From an uncultured delta proteobacterium (GTDB taxonomy: Bacteria; Myxococcota; Myxococcia; Myxococcales; Myxococcaceae), in NCBI GenBank assembly GCA_963771175.1, contig CAVYSY010000031.1, positions 1 to 64,000 of the forward strand: 64,000 bases of DNA, written 5' to 3'. Shown piece by piece: positions 16,009 to 25,771 of this stretch. The notes under the pieces were generated by a model. The model searched no databases and was not told where the DNA came from. It saw only the letters and a program-made list of their open reading frames with translations. The first letter of the stretch is position 1; each line of letters opens with the position of its first letter. A program made the position numbers and the translations under genes.

Positions 16009-19000
16009 CCTCTCCCACGCACATTCCCCTCGCCATCGTCGGACTCGGCTGCCGTCTGCCCGGCGCCGACTCTCCGTCGCGCTTCATGAACCTGTCGCTG
16101 GAGGGAATGCGCGCCCTGACGCGGGCCCCGGAGGAGTGGGGGACCGGGCTCGGCCTGGACCATCCGCTGATGGGCGGATTCGTCCCGGAGGAGGGCAAGG
16201 ACTTCAAGCAGTTCCGCCTGCCACCCAACCAGGTGGAGAAGATGCACCGCATGGAGCGGCTGCTCCACCTGTCACTGCTCCAGGCGACGCAGGACGCCGG
16301 CTACGGCCCCGAGAAGAGCCCGGGCGGCCGGTGCGCCATCTACCTGGGCGCCACCGGCCTGGGCGTGGACATGCGGGTGGACCAGACCCTGCGCCTGCGC
16401 ACGCCGGAGCTGCGCGAGCACCTGTTCGCGCTCCTCCGGGAGCGGCCCGACGGTGCCCGGCTGATGGAGGCCGTGGACAAGTACGTGGCGGAGCACGCCC
16501 CGCCCATCACCGCCGAGTCCGTTCCCACCACGGCCACCATCGTGGCCGGCCGCCTCTCCGGGATGCTGGACACGCGCGGAGGGCACCTGGCGGTGGACGC
16601 GGGGACGGCCTCCTCGCTGGCGGCGCTGAAGTTCGCCTCGCTCTCGTTGCGGGAGGGGCACTGTGACGTGGCGGTGGTGGGCGCGGTGTCCCCGCTGCTC
16701 AGCCCCTCCTCCTACGGGCTGCTGGCCGCGCGCGGCTGGCTGGCCGAGCAGGAGCTGCTCGCGCTCGATGGGCGCGCCGCGGGCACGCTGCCCGGAGAAG
16801 GCGCCGTGGCCCTCGTCCTGTGCCGGTTGGACGACGCGCTCGCGGACGGGCACCGCATCTATGCCATCCTGCACGGCGTCACCTCGGAGATGAACCCCAA
16901 GCAGGGCCTCTCGCGGATGTCCCGCATGGTGGACCGCGCCGCACGGGCCTGCATGGATCAGGTGGGAGTGGAGCCGGAGCAGGTGCGGCACGTGGAGCTG
17001 CAGGCATGCGGGATTCCCGGCCTGGAGGACCAGGAGTACCTGGGCCTCAAGACGGCGTACGCCACGACGCGCACCGAGCCCCTGACGTTCTCCACCGCGG
17101 CCCCCCAGGTGGGATTCCAGCAGGCTGCCAGCGGGTTGGTGTCGGTGATGCGCGCGGCGCTCTCGCTGCACGGTGGCATGCGCGCGCCCATCGCGGGCCT
17201 CTCCTCGCCGCGGCACGGGGTGCACACCACGCTGGAGTGCCTCACCCGCCCGATGAAGCTGCCACCCCGCAGCTACGTGGGCGTCAGCTCGCTGGGGTGG
17301 ACCGGCGTCGCCTACCACGCGCTGCTCGGGGCCGCGCCGACCCGCGAGGCCCAGCCCGTCGTCCGGCCCGTCCGCTCGGCCCCCCAGAAGTTCGCCATCA
17401 TCGGCATGGGCGCCATCGCGCCAGGGGCACAGGATGCCCGGGCGCTCTGGAGCAACATCATCACCAAGGCGGACACCATCGGTGACCTGCCGCCCTCCCG
17501 GTTCAACGCCCACAAGATGATGGGGGCGCTCATGAATCCCGGAGAGGTCATCCCCCGGCTGGCCGGCGTGGTGGACCTGCCGGCGGCCGACCCGCGCTGG
17601 CTCAAGCTGCCGCCCGCCCAGGCCGCGGCGCTCGACCCGGCCGTCGTCCTCTTCGTCAAGGCCGCGGAGGAGGCGCTCGAACAGGCCGGCTACCAGCCCG
17701 GCCAGTGGAACGGACGCCGCGTGCAGGTGATGGTGGGGCAGCTCCCCGCGCGCGCCAAGGAGTTCGAGACCGAGCTGCGCTTCATCTGCGAGCGCTACAT
17801 GGGGATGGCGGAACAGGCACTCCGAGCCCAGGGAATGAGCTCCAAGCAGCTCGCCCCGCTGCTCGAGACGCTGCGCCAGAGCATGCTGTCCGCGGTGCCC
17901 CCGCTGGACGAGAACACCGCCCAGTACTACTCCGGCATGACGTGCGCGGCGCGGCTGGCCGCCATCCACGACTTCACCGGCGGAGTGATGGCGGTGGACG
18001 CGGCCTGCGCCAGCGCCCTGGCCGCGGTGCACGCCGGCCTGCTGTCGCTGGCCCACCGCGAGGCCGACGTGGTGGTGGCCGGAGGCGTGGCCTTCAACCT
18101 GGTGCTGGAGTACGTCGCTCCCCTGGCGGTGCTCGGCTTCCTGTCCCCGCGCGGCACCTTCCCCTTCGACGACCGCGCGGACGGCTTCGTCCCCGCCGAG
18201 GGCGCGGGCGCGGTGGTGCTCAAGCGGCTGGAGGACGCGGAGGCGGCGAAGGACCCCATCATCGCCGTCATTCCCTCCGGTATCGGCTTCTCCAGCGACG
18301 GGCGGGGCACCACCCTGCACGCGCCCAACCCCAAGGGCCAGGCGCGCGCGGTGGAGCGCGCGCTGGAGGACGCCAAGGCCCACTCCAACCAGATGGGCCT
18401 GCTCGAGGCCCACGGCACGGGGACGCGGGCCGGCGACATCACCGAGGCCATGGCCTACGGCGAGGTGTTCCAGGCGCGCGGCCGCGACACCCCGGTGCCC
18501 ATGGGTACCCTCAAGTCGCAGATCGGCCACACCTCGTCGGCCTCCGGCGTGCTGGGGCTCATCAAGGCGGCCTTCGCGGTGAGCGAGGCCTTCCTGCCGC
18601 CCATGAATGGCGGCGAGTTCCCCAAGTCGGAGATTCCCTTCGACAAGCTGCCCATTTCCCTGTCGCTGGAAGGCCGGCCCTGGCCCGTCCCCCGCGAGGG
18701 ACGGCGGATGGCGGGAGTGAGCTCCTTCGGGTTGGGCGGGTCCAACTACCACGTCGTCCTCGAGGAGCACGACAACGCCCACCGGCGCGTATTCACCGCG
18801 GGCCCGCAGCCCAACGTGACGGGCCAGCCCATCCCCAGCCGAGGCCTGTTCGCCCAGCGCTGGCGGGCGGACCTGATTCCCCTGTCGCTCACTCCCGAGA
18901 AGCGCTACCCGCTGGCCGGCAAGAAGCTGCTGCTGCTGGGAGACGACCCGGGCATGGTGGCCTCCTTCACCCGCCTGCTGACGGGCCGCGGGGCACGCTC

Positions 19001-21377
19001 GCTCGCGGTGCAGCTCGCGGGCATCACCGACGCGCTGGAGGTGGAGCGCCGGGTGCGCCGGGCCAGTGAGGAGCTGGGTGGGGCCGACGGCATCATCGAC
19101 CTGAACGCCTTCGGGCCGGCCGAGTACTTCCTCACGGTGGGCAGCACCCGCTTCGCGCGCCGCATGGCGGAGACGACCGCGCGCTGGCACGGCACCGGGC
19201 GCGCCATGTACGAGCGCCTGCGCGACACCACCAAGGGCCGCACCGCCTGCTACGTGGCCGTCACCTCCATGGGCGGTGACTTCGGTTTCCTGGGCGACGG
19301 TGGCAACGTGATGGGCGGCTCCACCGCCGGCTTCCTCAAGGCCCTCAAGCAGGAGCTGCCGGGCGCGGTCATCAAGATCGTCGACTTCGAGCCGAGCACC
19401 TCGCACTGGGTGATGGCGGAGACCGTCGCGCGCGAGCTGGAGGAGGGCAGCGACCGGACGGAGATCGGCTACCTCGCGGGCCGGCGCTTCGTGGTGGGCA
19501 TGCGCCGGGCGGACTTCCCGGAAGGCAGCCCGGTGCTGCGCACGGTGGACCCGAGCTGGGTGCTGCTCTTCTCCGGTGGCGGGCGCGGCGCCGTCTTCGA
19601 GGTGGCCAAGGCCGTGGCCCGGCTGGGCCCCAAGGTCATCATCACCGGGCGCACCCCGGCCCCCATCGGCGCCGAGAGCTACCTGACGATGGACGAGCAG
19701 GAGTTCGAGGCGTTCCGCAAGGAGGAGATGCTCCGGCGCAAGAAGGAGGACCCCACCCTCACGCCGAGGAAGTTCAAGGAGTCCTTCGACTCCATCGAGC
19801 GGGCGCGCGAGCTGTGGCGCAACCTCCAGGAGGTCTACGCCCAGGGCCTGCCCATCGAGTACGAGACGTGCGACGTCCGCAACGCGGCGGACGTGCGCGC
19901 CATGGTGGACCGCGTCCGGGAGTACCACGGCCACATCGACGGGCTCGTCCACGGCGCGATGATCGAGGAGTCCAAGAGCCTGCCGGACAAGACGCCGGGG
20001 CTGGTGGCCGCCACCATGGAAGTGAAGGTGCTGGGCCTCGTCAACCTGCTGGAGGCCACGCGGCGCGACGACCTGAAGCTGATGATGTGCTTCGGGTCCG
20101 GCGCGGGCCGCTTCGGCAACAAGGGCCAGACGGACTACAGCGCCGCCAACGACTTGATGAGCAAGTGCACCATGGCGTACGCGCACCGTGCGCGCCCGCA
20201 CATGCGCTGCGTCACCATCGACTGGACGGCCTGGGAGGGCTCGGGCGCGGCGGTGCGCAACCGCGAGGTGGTGGAGAACACCGGCGTCTCCTTCATCTCC
20301 CCGGCCGAGGGCGCCTACTGGTTCATCAACGAGCTGATGCTGGGCCGCACCGAGCGCGAGGTGGCCATCTTCGAGGAGCGGCTCTTCCGCGAGTGGGCCT
20401 TCCTCGGGGCCTCCGCCGAGGGCCCGCGTCCCCGGCGCGTCTACGATGACCGGGGCTTCCTGCTCGTCCCCTCCGACTACCCGATGCTCGACTGCGTGGA
20501 GGAGTACGAGCCCGAGCGGTTGGTGGCCGCGCGCACCTTCGACCTCACCAACGACCCGTTCCTGCTCCAGCACCAGCTCCACTCGGTGCCCATCATGCCG
20601 GGCACCTTCGGCTTCGAGATGCTGGCCGAGGGCGCGGCCCTCTTCCGGCCGGACCTGGCGGTGCTGCGCGGCGAGGAGCTGCGGATCGACACCCCGCTCA
20701 AGTTCTTCAAGGCCCCGCTGACGGGCGAGCAGTCCAAGGGCAAGCCGGTCCACGTCACCCTCGGCGTGAAGGTGGTGAAGCAGCAGGGCGACGAGGTGAC
20801 GGTCCAGGTGGAGACCAGCAGCGAGCTGGCGCTGGGCGGCCGCTCCGAGATGACGCAGCGCCGGGTCCACCACCGGGGCCTCTTCGTGCTCGGGCCGCCG
20901 CCGCGCCTGGAGCCGGGCAAGGGCAAGCTGCCGGATGCGCTCCCAGGTGCCCGGGCCCGCTCCATCTACCACCTGGCCAAGGAGCCGGTGTACCTGGGCC
21001 CGCTCTTCTGCCGCGCCGAATGGGTCTACGTGGGCGAGCGCGAGGTGGAGGGCATCATCCGCGCCCCACGCCAGCGGGAGATCTTCGGCCACGTGGCCCG
21101 GCCGCACTTCCAGTTCGACCCACTCCTGCTGGATGCCGCCTTCCAGGTGGCCGCCAACTGGGACGGATACCACAACGACCTGGTGTCCATCCCCATGGGG
21201 GTGGACCGGATGATCCGCGGGCGGCTGCGGCGCCCCGGCGAGTCCGCCCACGTCAAGGCGCGACTGCTGCAGGTGGATGGGGACGAGGTCACCTACGACA
21301 TCGAAGTGCATGGCGAGGACGGCGCCCTGCTGCTGGGCGTGAAGGCCCTGTGGCTGCGCCGGCTGCGTTCGCGATGA
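16005..21377 (+). CDS. Pfa-like iterative type I PKS subunit 2: KS0-KS-KR-DH, 1790 aa
   Basis: ATGA overlap with upstream gene; KS1 VDAGTASS/ELQACG/QVGFQQ (all three catalytic residues lost); KS2 VDAACAS/EAHGTGT/KSQIGHT; KR FSGGGRG and GRFGNKGQTDYSAAN; DH FLLQHQLHSVPIMPG and PLLLDAAFQ. Confidence 0.9.
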   Translation: MTSPTHIPLAIVGLGCRLPGADSPSRFMNLSLEGMRALTRAPEEWGTGLGLDHPLMGGFVPEEGKDFKQFRLPPNQVEKMHRMERLLHLSLLQATQDAGYGPEKSPGGRCAIYLGATGLGVDMRVDQTLRLRTPELREHLFALLRERPDGARLMEAVDKYVAEHAPPITAESVPTTATIVAGRLSGMLDTRGGHLAVDAGTASSLAALKFASLSLREGHCDVAVVGAVSPLLSPSSYGLLAARGWLAEQELLALDGRAAGTLPGEGAVALVLCRLDDALADGHRIYAILHGVTSEMNPKQGLSRMSRMVDRAARACMDQVGVEPEQVRHVELQACGIPGLEDQEYLGLKTAYATTRTEPLTFSTAAPQVGFQQAASGLVSVMRAALSLHGGMRAPIAGLSSPRHGVHTTLECLTRPMKLPPRSYVGVSSLGWTGVAYHALLGAAPTREAQPVVRPVRSAPQKFAIIGMGAIAPGAQDARALWSNIITKADTIGDLPPSRFNAHKMMGALMNPGEVIPRLAGVVDLPAADPRWLKLPPAQAAALDPAVVLFVKAAEEALEQAGYQPGQWNGRRVQVMVGQLPARAKEFETELRFICERYMGMAEQALRAQGMSSKQLAPLLETLRQSMLSAVPPLDENTAQYYSGMTCAARLAAIHDFTGGVMAVDAACASALAAVHAGLLSLAHREADVVVAGGVAFNLVLEYVAPLAVLGFLSPRGTFPFDDRADGFVPAEGAGAVVLKRLEDAEAAKDPIIAVIPSGIGFSSDGRGTTLHAPNPKGQARAVERALEDAKAHSNQMGLLEAHGTGTRAGDITEAMAYGEVFQARGRDTPVPMGTLKSQIGHTSSASGVLGLIKAAFAVSEAFLPPMNGGEFPKSEIPFDKLPISLSLEGRPWPVPREGRRMAGVSSFGLGGSNYHVVLEEHDNAHRRVFTAGPQPNVTGQPIPSRGLFAQRWRADLIPLSLTPEKRYPLAGKKLLLLGDDPGMVASFTRLLTGRGARSLAVQLAGITDALEVERRVRRASEELGGADGIIDLNAFGPAEYFLTVGSTRFARRMAETTARWHGTGRAMYERLRDTTKGRTACYVAVTSMGGDFGFLGDGGNVMGGSTAGFLKALKQELPGAVIKIVDFEPSTSHWVMAETVARELEEGSDRTEIGYLAGRRFVVGMRRADFPEGSPVLRTVDPSWVLLFSGGGRGAVFEVAKAVARLGPKVIITGRTPAPIGAESYLTMDEQEFEAFRKEEMLRRKKEDPTLTPRKFKESFDSIERARELWRNLQEVYAQGLPIEYETCDVRNAADVRAMVDRVREYHGHIDGLVHGAMIEESKSLPDKTPGLVAATMEVKVLGLVNLLEATRRDDLKLMMCFGSGAGRFGNKGQTDYSAANDLMSKCTMAYAHRARPHMRCVTIDWTAWEGSGAAVRNREVVENTGVSFISPAEGAYWFINELMLGRTEREVAIFEERLFREWAFLGASAEGPRPRRVYDDRGFLLVPSDYPMLDCVEEYEPERLVAARTFDLTNDPFLLQHQLHSVPIMPGTFGFEMLAEGAALFRPDLAVLRGEELRIDTPLKFFKAPLTGEQSKGKPVHVTLGVKVVKQQGDEVTVQVETSSELALGGRSEMTQRRVHHRGLFVLGPPPRLEPGKGKLPDALPGARARSIYHLAKEPVYLGPLFCRAEWVYVGEREVEGIIRAPRQREIFGHVARPHFQFDPLLLDAAFQVAANWDGYHNDLVSIPMGVDRMIRGRLRRPGESAHVKARLLQVDGDEVTYDIEVHGEDGALLLGVKALWLRRLRSR

Positions 21378-22072
21378 GCCCGCCCCCGTTCCGGCCCGAC
21401 CGGGTACTGCTGCCCAGCGGGCGCGAGGTGGCGCTCGGCTGGTGCGAGGTGGGGTGGGAGCCGGCCTCCGCGCTCACGCCCGGGGAGCGCGAGGGGCTGA
21501 CCCGGTGCAGGACCGCCAAGCGCCGCGAGGAGTTCGTGGCGGGCCGGGTGGCGGCGCACCGGGCCCTGGCGCTGCTGGCTCCAGAGCTTCGAGCGGAGGT
21601 CTCGGCGCGTACCGAGGGACAGGACTCCGGGCGGCCCTTCTTCGTGGGCGCGCCGGGGATAGCCCTGTCCATTTCCCACTCCGCCGGGCTGGCGGTGGCG
21701 GCCGTCGCGTACGGCGAGCCACTCGGCGTGGACCTGGAGTACCCGGTGGAGGTGGGCGCCGCCTTCCAGGAGGAGGCCTTCGCCCCGGGTGAGCTGGAAG
21801 GCTATCGCGCCCCGTGCGCGGGCCGGATGGAGCCGCTCACCGCCGCCTGGGCCATGAAGGAAGCGGTGCTGAAGGTCTGGGGCGTGGGGCTGCGCGCGCC
21901 CCTGCAGCAGGTGGCGGTCCGGCCCGTGGAGCTGGACACCTCCGGCGCGAGCGTCTCCTTGCGGCTGTCCCTCGAGACCGGGACACTGCCTCCCGGCCTG
22001 GGGCCTCCCCCCACGGTGCTGTCCGCGCTCCTGGTGTGGGAGGCCACCCAGGTGCTGGCGGTCGCGGGCTGA
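21374..22072 (+). CDS. 4'-phosphopantetheinyl transferase (Sfp-like superfamily)
   Basis: ATGA overlap with PKS2; RREEFVAGR, GRP, SISHS, LGVDLE, WAMKEAVLK. Confidence 0.9.
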   Translation: MSPPPFRPDRVLLPSGREVALGWCEVGWEPASALTPGEREGLTRCRTAKRREEFVAGRVAAHRALALLAPELRAEVSARTEGQDSGRPFFVGAPGIALSISHSAGLAVAAVAYGEPLGVDLEYPVEVGAAFQEEAFAPGELEGYRAPCAGRMEPLTAAWAMKEAVLKVWGVGLRAPLQQVAVRPVELDTSGASVSLRLSLETGTLPPGLGPPPTVLSALLVWEATQVLAVAG

Positions 22073-22104
22073 CGGAGCCAGCGCGACCGCTCCCTCGGGT
22101 GGGG

Positions 22105-24024
22105 CTATCCGTTGGCGGAGTTGTCCATCGAGCCGCTGGAGCCGGAATCGCTTCCGGAGCCGCCCACCGCGGGTAGGCGCGAGAGGGTGGTCCTCTTCTT
22201 GCCCGGAGCGCCGCCCGAGTCCGAAGTCGAAGACGACGGGCTGTCCTGCCACCCGTACTGCTCCACGAAGCCATTCACCCGCGCCGCCACGATGCGCATC
22301 TGCCCGGCCGCATCGTCGCTGGTGCGCATGCTCGCCATCGTCTGGTCCATGATCTTCGTCAGGTCGTTCACCGCCTGGAAGATCTGCCCGATGCCGCTGT
22401 TCTGCTGCGTCACCGCCGCGGAGATCTGCCGCACGGCGCTCGCGTTGTCGCGCACGATGCCGGAGAGCTGCCGGATGTTGTCGCCGAAGGTCTGCACCTG
22501 CGCGAGGCTCGTCGTCACCTTCTCCGAGCCCTGCTCCGACATGGCCGCCGTGTTGCGGATGGCCGTGCTGAGCTGCTCCAGCACGTCGCGCACGTTGTAG
22601 GTGGCGCGAATGGACTGGTCGGCCAGGCTGCGGATCTCCCGGGCCACCACGCCGAAGCCCTTGCCGTGCTCGCCCGAGCGCACCGCCTCGATGGCGGCGT
22701 TGAGCGCCAGCATGTTGGAGCGGTCCGCCAGATCCTTCACCGTGGTGGTGATGTTGGCGATCTGCTGCGTGCGCTCGTCCAGCGAGCGGATGCTCTGCGC
22801 CATCTGCAGCACCTGCTGCTGGATCTCCTCCAGCCCGCTGAGGCTCTGCACCAGGGCGTTCTCGCCCGCGCGGCCGATCTGATCGGCGCGCTCGGCCTGC
22901 TGCAGCACGCTCTCGGCCTTCTGGGAGGCCACCATCGACGTCTGCTTGATCTCCTGCGCGGTGACCTGCGTCTCCTGCAGGGCGGTGGCCTGGACGGAGA
23001 GCGACTGCGTCTGCAGCCGGTGCGAATCATTGAGCTGCTCGGCGCACCCGCCCAGCATCTGCGCCGACTCACCGAGCGAGAACGAGAAGGCGCGCAGCCG
23101 CTCGAAGGCGATGGCGGTGGCGCTGGAGAGCTCGCCCACCTCGTCGGTGGACACCCAGTTGGGAAGCGAGGGCCTGCCCGACACGAGCGACTCGATGGAA
23201 TTGCCAACGGCATCCGTGCCCGCGCGCTGGTGGTTGGCGAGCTGCATCGCCGATACCGCCGCCGTGACGACCAGGAACCCGCCGACCAGCAGCACCGGCA
23301 TCACCATCGAACCCTGGATGCCCTGGACCCGCTCGGTCATCAGCGTCATCACCTCCGGGGACACCATCGACTGCATGTCCGAGAACAGCGCGCCGAAACC
23401 GGCCTGGGCCTTCTTGGCGATGATCATCCCCGTCACCAACAGGGTGCACACCACGTAGAGCGCGAAGCAGTAGGGCAGGTACCAACGCTGCTTGGCCCAG
23501 GTGAACCCTCTGCCCTCGGGCCGCACCTGCGGGTGCTTGTGGAACTCCTCCAGGGCGTAGGGACGAAACACCGCCTCGACGCGCAGCGACTGCCAGATCA
23601 TCACCAGCCCCACCAGCAGCACGAAGGAGATGACCACCTGGGGAATCGTCCACGGATCCAGCCCATAGACAAAGGGCGGCCACACGGCGAAGCAAAAGCT
23701 CGACGCACCGTAGTTCCAGATGAGCCCCACCTCGATGCGCCGTGGGGCCTCGAGGATCCGCTTCAGCCGGTCCCCCGGCTTGTCGCTCGGTCGCGTCTCC
23801 AGCGCGCCCTTCGTCACGTTGACCGCCAACAACCACGGGATGACGGTGCCGAACAACGGGAGGATCCAGGTCACGTTGCGGACTGCGATCTTCCAGGCGA
23901 GCTCGCCCTCCAGCCCCATGATCAGTACGACCATGTAGACCATCGGAACGACTGCGGGCAGGACCGCGAGCTGCATCTGCCAGAAGACCCTGAGGACGAC
24001 CCGGTTCAACTCCGACTTGCTCAT
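22105..24024 (-). CDS. methyl-accepting chemotaxis protein (multi-TM N-terminus)
   Basis: MCP hairpin DLADRSNMLALNAAIEAVRSGEHGKGFGVVAREIRSLADQS; start MSKSELNR at 24024. Confidence 0.92.
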   Translation of the reverse strand: MSKSELNRVVLRVFWQMQLAVLPAVVPMVYMVVLIMGLEGELAWKIAVRNVTWILPLFGTVIPWLLAVNVTKGALETRPSDKPGDRLKRILEAPRRIEVGLIWNYGASSFCFAVWPPFVYGLDPWTIPQVVISFVLLVGLVMIWQSLRVEAVFRPYALEEFHKHPQVRPEGRGFTWAKQRWYLPYCFALYVVCTLLVTGMIIAKKAQAGFGALFSDMQSMVSPEVMTLMTERVQGIQGSMVMPVLLVGGFLVVTAAVSAMQLANHQRAGTDAVGNSIESLVSGRPSLPNWVSTDEVGELSSATAIAFERLRAFSFSLGESAQMLGGCAEQLNDSHRLQTQSLSVQATALQETQVTAQEIKQTSMVASQKAESVLQQAERADQIGRAGENALVQSLSGLEEIQQQVLQMAQSIRSLDERTQQIANITTTVKDLADRSNMLALNAAIEAVRSGEHGKGFGVVAREIRSLADQSIRATYNVRDVLEQLSTAIRNTAAMSEQGSEKVTTSLAQVQTFGDNIRQLSGIVRDNASAVRQISAAVTQQNSGIGQIFQAVNDLTKIMDQTMASMRTSDDAAGQMRIVAARVNGFVEQYGWQDSPSSSTSDSGGAPGKKRTTLSRLPAVGGSGSDSGSSGSMDNSANG

Positions 24025-24240
24025 GAGGCCATACTGTATCACCACAAATGTCCTCCGCTTCGTTCCCAACCCGGTGGGAGGGGCTGGACGCACCACGTCT
24101 GATATGGCTCCCTGCGGGGGCAGGGAACCAACCTGGCGCATCCTTCTTCGCCCCCAGGTGTTGCGAGAGCCGTGAATCGCGTACCCTGATTTTACCGCAC
24201 CCACGGTTTGTACGCGACTTACAGCATTGTGAGGGAGCAC

Positions 24241-25692
24241 ATGAGCACTGGCCAGCGCGCATTCGGGCAGGCCATCGTCATCGGCGGCAGCATCGCGGGC
24301 CTGTTGAGCGCCCGGGTGCTGGCGGATTACTTCGAGAAGGTGGTGATTCTCGAGCGGGAGCCGCTTCCCGACGGACCCGAGCCGCGCAAGGGGGCGCCGC
24401 AGGGGCGTCACATCCACGCCGTGTTGGAAGCCGGGCTGAAGGTCTTGGAGGAGCTGTTTCCCGGGCTGGTGCAGGAGCTGGAGCGCGAGGGCGTCGACTT
24501 CATCGACATGGGAGAGGAGTCCGTCTGGCACCACTGTGGGACCTGGAAGGTGCGCTACGAGAGTGGCATCCGGACCATCCTCTGCTCCCGCCCCCACCTG
24601 GAGTGGAAGGTACGCAGTCGCGTCACCCCGCTGCCCAACGTGGAGTTGCGCGAGGGGTACACCGTCGAGGAGCTGCTCACGGACGACTCGCGGGCGCGAG
24701 TACTCGGAGTGAAGGTGAAGGGCCCGGAAGGAGAGCAGACGCTCCAGGCGGACCTGGTCGTGGACGCCAGCGGCCGGGGCTCGCGAGCCCCGCAGTGGTT
24801 GGAGGCGCTGGGCCATGGCCAGCCCGAGGAGGAGCAGGTGGGCGTCGACATGGCCTACACGAGCCGGTTCTACGAGCGCCCCGCGGACTTCGACGCCTGG
24901 AAGATCATGGCCGTGTACGCGCGCGCGCCGGAGGCCAGGCGCTCGGGCTTCGTCGCGAACGTGGAGGGCAACCGGTGGATCGTGAGCCTCAACGGCTACT
25001 TCGGCGATCACCCGCCCACCGACGACGCGGGGTTCCTGGAGTTCGCGCGCAACCTCCCCGTGCCCCACCTCTATGAGGCCATCCGTCAGGCGAAACCGTT
25101 GACGCAGCCCGTCACGTTCAAGATTTCGGCGAGCCGGTGGTTGCACTATGAGCGGATGGAGCGCTTTCCGGAGGGGTTCGTGCTCCTGGGAGACGCGGTC
25201 TGCGCGTTCAACCCCATCTATGGACAGGGGATGACGGTCATCAGTCTGGGCGCGCGGATGCTCGGGAAGTGCATGGCCGAGCAGGCCCGCTCCACCCCGG
25301 GTGACATGAGGGGGCTGTCGCGACGCTTCCACAAGAAGCTCGCCGGAGTCATCAGTCTGAGCTGGTTCCTGGCGACCACCATGGACCTGCGCTACCCGCA
25401 GACCCGGGGGAAGCGGCCCTTCGGGCTGGGGCTGGTGCAGTGGTCCATCATGAATCTGCTCGACCTGACCTCGTTGGACCGGGAGGCCTGCCAGGAGTTC
25501 TACAAGCTCCTCCACCTCCGGGGAGGCATGGAGCTGCTGCTGAAACCGAAGCTGGTGCTGTCGCTGCTCACCTATAGCCTCAAGAGCCTGTTCGTCCCGC
25601 TGGAGCGTCGGGCGAACGTGACCACCCTGCCCCCCAGGCCGGCGGGGCAGCGCAAGCCGGTGGGTGGCGAGCGGATGGACACCGCCGCGTAG
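24241..25692 (+). CDS. FAD-dependent monooxygenase (Lsd18/MonCI epoxidase-like family)
   Basis: AIVIGGSIAG, RKGAPQGRHIH, DLVVDASGRGS, LGDAVCAFNPIYGQGMT. Confidence 0.85.
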   Translation: MSTGQRAFGQAIVIGGSIAGLLSARVLADYFEKVVILEREPLPDGPEPRKGAPQGRHIHAVLEAGLKVLEELFPGLVQELEREGVDFIDMGEESVWHHCGTWKVRYESGIRTILCSRPHLEWKVRSRVTPLPNVELREGYTVEELLTDDSRARVLGVKVKGPEGEQTLQADLVVDASGRGSRAPQWLEALGHGQPEEEQVGVDMAYTSRFYERPADFDAWKIMAVYARAPEARRSGFVANVEGNRWIVSLNGYFGDHPPTDDAGFLEFARNLPVPHLYEAIRQAKPLTQPVTFKISASRWLHYERMERFPEGFVLLGDAVCAFNPIYGQGMTVISLGARMLGKCMAEQARSTPGDMRGLSRRFHKKLAGVISLSWFLATTMDLRYPQTRGKRPFGLGLVQWSIMNLLDLTSLDREACQEFYKLLHLRGGMELLLKPKLVLSLLTYSLKSLFVPLERRANVTTLPPRPAGQRKPVGGERMDTAA

Positions 25693-25771
25693 GGCCCCGG
25701 GTTGGCGTGTCGTGAAGGGAGTTGTAGAACCTCCCCCGACACGGCCGTCCCCCCTCTGGGAGCCCCCATCC

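Noticed and set aside
16272..21311. 1679-aa antisense ORF, and similar long shadow ORFs (25580-28030, 49923-52319, 48374-50311)
   Set aside because: They mirror real genes; high GC3 removes stops on the opposite strand; no recognisable motifs.
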